Assembly: GCA_963796275.1 (NCBI GenBank)
Contig: CAWCKY010000004.1
Coordinates: 512,001-576,000, forward strand
Source: an uncultured Acidobacteriota bacterium
GTDB lineage: Bacteria; Acidobacteriota; Blastocatellia; RBC074
Length of the DNA: 64,000 nucleotides
Direction of reading: 5' to 3'
Below are positions 63,023-64,000 of the stretch, one piece after another. Below the pieces are notes generated by a model. It was not told the origin of the DNA and ran no database searches. It saw only the letters and a list, made by a program, of their open reading frames with translations. Made by a program: the position numbers and the translations under genes. Every line of letters begins with the position of its first letter. The stretch's first letter is position 1.

Positions 63023-63529
63023 ATGGATTTGACCACGGGGCTCCCTCACCAGAAGCCTGGAAAGCTTATCCGCCTAGCCTGGAGAGACCGATGCCTGACG
63101 AAAATTCCCGATTCGCGTCTTAAATCAAGATCTACCGCGTCGCCCAGATCCGGGTGGTTAGTTACTCTCATGGTTGTCAGCTCGGTCGTGTTGACCGGTT
63201 GTGAACTTGAGCGTAGGGCCATTGGTATTACGGAACATCCCAGTAACAGAGCAAAAGGACAGTTGTACGGCAACGTTCTTTATAATCGTGAAACGAGGTA
63301 TCTCAATGGCGAATTAAACTACGGTATCACCACGAACGTCACCGTGCGGAATATCGGTGAGACCGGTTTCATCAAGGTCATCGTAAATCTCAGATGCTCC
63401 GAAGGAGAATGGAACCACATCGAGGAGATATCCCTTTGCGCAGGTAAATACAGGACTTTGACCCACTTCTTTCCCGAACCGACCTACAATGCGATCAATG
63501 TCCAAGTACGGGCTATTGTCTCGCCCTAA
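63023..63529 (+). CDS. Hypothetical protein, possible lipoprotein with a beta-rich domain
   Basis: Hydrophobic stretch ending LTGC; VTVRNIG; start uncertain. Confidence 0.45.
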   Translation: MDLTTGLPHQKPGKLIRLAWRDRCLTKIPDSRLKSRSTASPRSGWLVTLMVVSSVVLTGCELERRAIGITEHPSNRAKGQLYGNVLYNRETRYLNGELNYGITTNVTVRNIGETGFIKVIVNLRCSEGEWNHIEEISLCAGKYRTLTHFFPEPTYNAINVQVRAIVSP

Positions 63530-63834
63530 TCTGCAAGTATATCCACCCCTGTATTGAAAAGCTCGATCCCATAAGTGAGTGAGTACAGCGATCTGATCAG
63601 CGCTTTTGCACGGCGATGAAGAGATTGGTCGGTAATATTTTCGAAGGGAATTATCGGGCTTTCCGCGGGGTATCCAGCCAGGCCCAGCCGCCGACGCCTG
63701 TTGCAATAAAAAAGGAATCTGGAGAGCGCTTATCCCGGCTTAGCGCGAGTGGAGGGAAGGTTCATTTCCCGCTAAGGTACGGAGAATCGCATTTGCTTAT
63801 AGAATCTACTCTCCTCTTGCGCATCCGCCCGCAA

Positions 63835-63999
63835 CTATGCATTGGCCGCATAGACGCGCGGGATGCTCACTCGCAGCTCGGTTCCAATTCCGGGCTTGGA
63901 ATTCACCTCGAAACTGCCGCGGAGGAGTTTTACGCGTTCCTCTATGCTGACTAGACCGAGTCCCTGGCGCCCTTTCACGTCGTCGCGATTAAACCCCCT
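63835..63999 (-). CDS. C-terminus of a sensor histidine kinase (partial; gene runs off the window)
   Basis: Manual translation RGFNRDDVKGRQGLGLVSIEERVKLLRGSFEVNSKPGIGTELRVSIP gives HATPase G boxes of the NarX/UhpB type; not in the ORF track. Confidence 0.85.
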   Translation of the reverse strand, partial: RGFNRDDVKGRQGLGLVSIEERVKLLRGSFEVNSKPGIGTELRVSIPRVYAANA

Positions 64000-64000
64000 A

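Overview
Chromosomal bacterial DNA, most likely Acidobacteriota (inferred from the three Oar-like TonB-dependent receptors and general gene content; not verified). No rRNA, tRNA, CRISPR array or intact mobile element was found. 1-16.4 kb is a stress/regulatory island: fatty-acid desaturase, a groEL without groES, a B12 radical-SAM enzyme, four Crp/Fnr-family copies (two intact, one lacking the HTH, one pseudogene), STAS, CarD, GvpU-like and ABM proteins, and a DEAD-box helicase. This island carries four copies of the palindrome TGTCC-AATATT-GGACA at a fixed distance from a -10-like box, and long fold-back leaders. 16.6-30.3 kb holds manC with a displaced duplicate of its 3' end, a 15-copy 78-bp REP/BIME-like array, a wHTH-yjbQ-ABC permease-uppS-DUF4153 cluster with a shared operator-like palindrome, and a DnaC-like ATPase. 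31-35 kb is a Cys-rich RAPP-ending leader ORF, a TonB-dependent receptor and a CusF-like lipoprotein (candidate copper-responsive ribosome-stalling system). 35-44 kb holds pulA, mtnBDC, malQ, a bacterial eRF1-like protein and a histone-H1-like protein. 45.7-55.2 kb is DUF3386 followed by TBDR-cupin-cupin-TBDR. The right end has an IS110 relic, rhodanese, AraC/S9 peptidase, GntR, DeoR and a truncated histidine kinase. Three genes carry single-base frameshifts that may be assembly errors. All family calls are by motif recognition; no searches were run.
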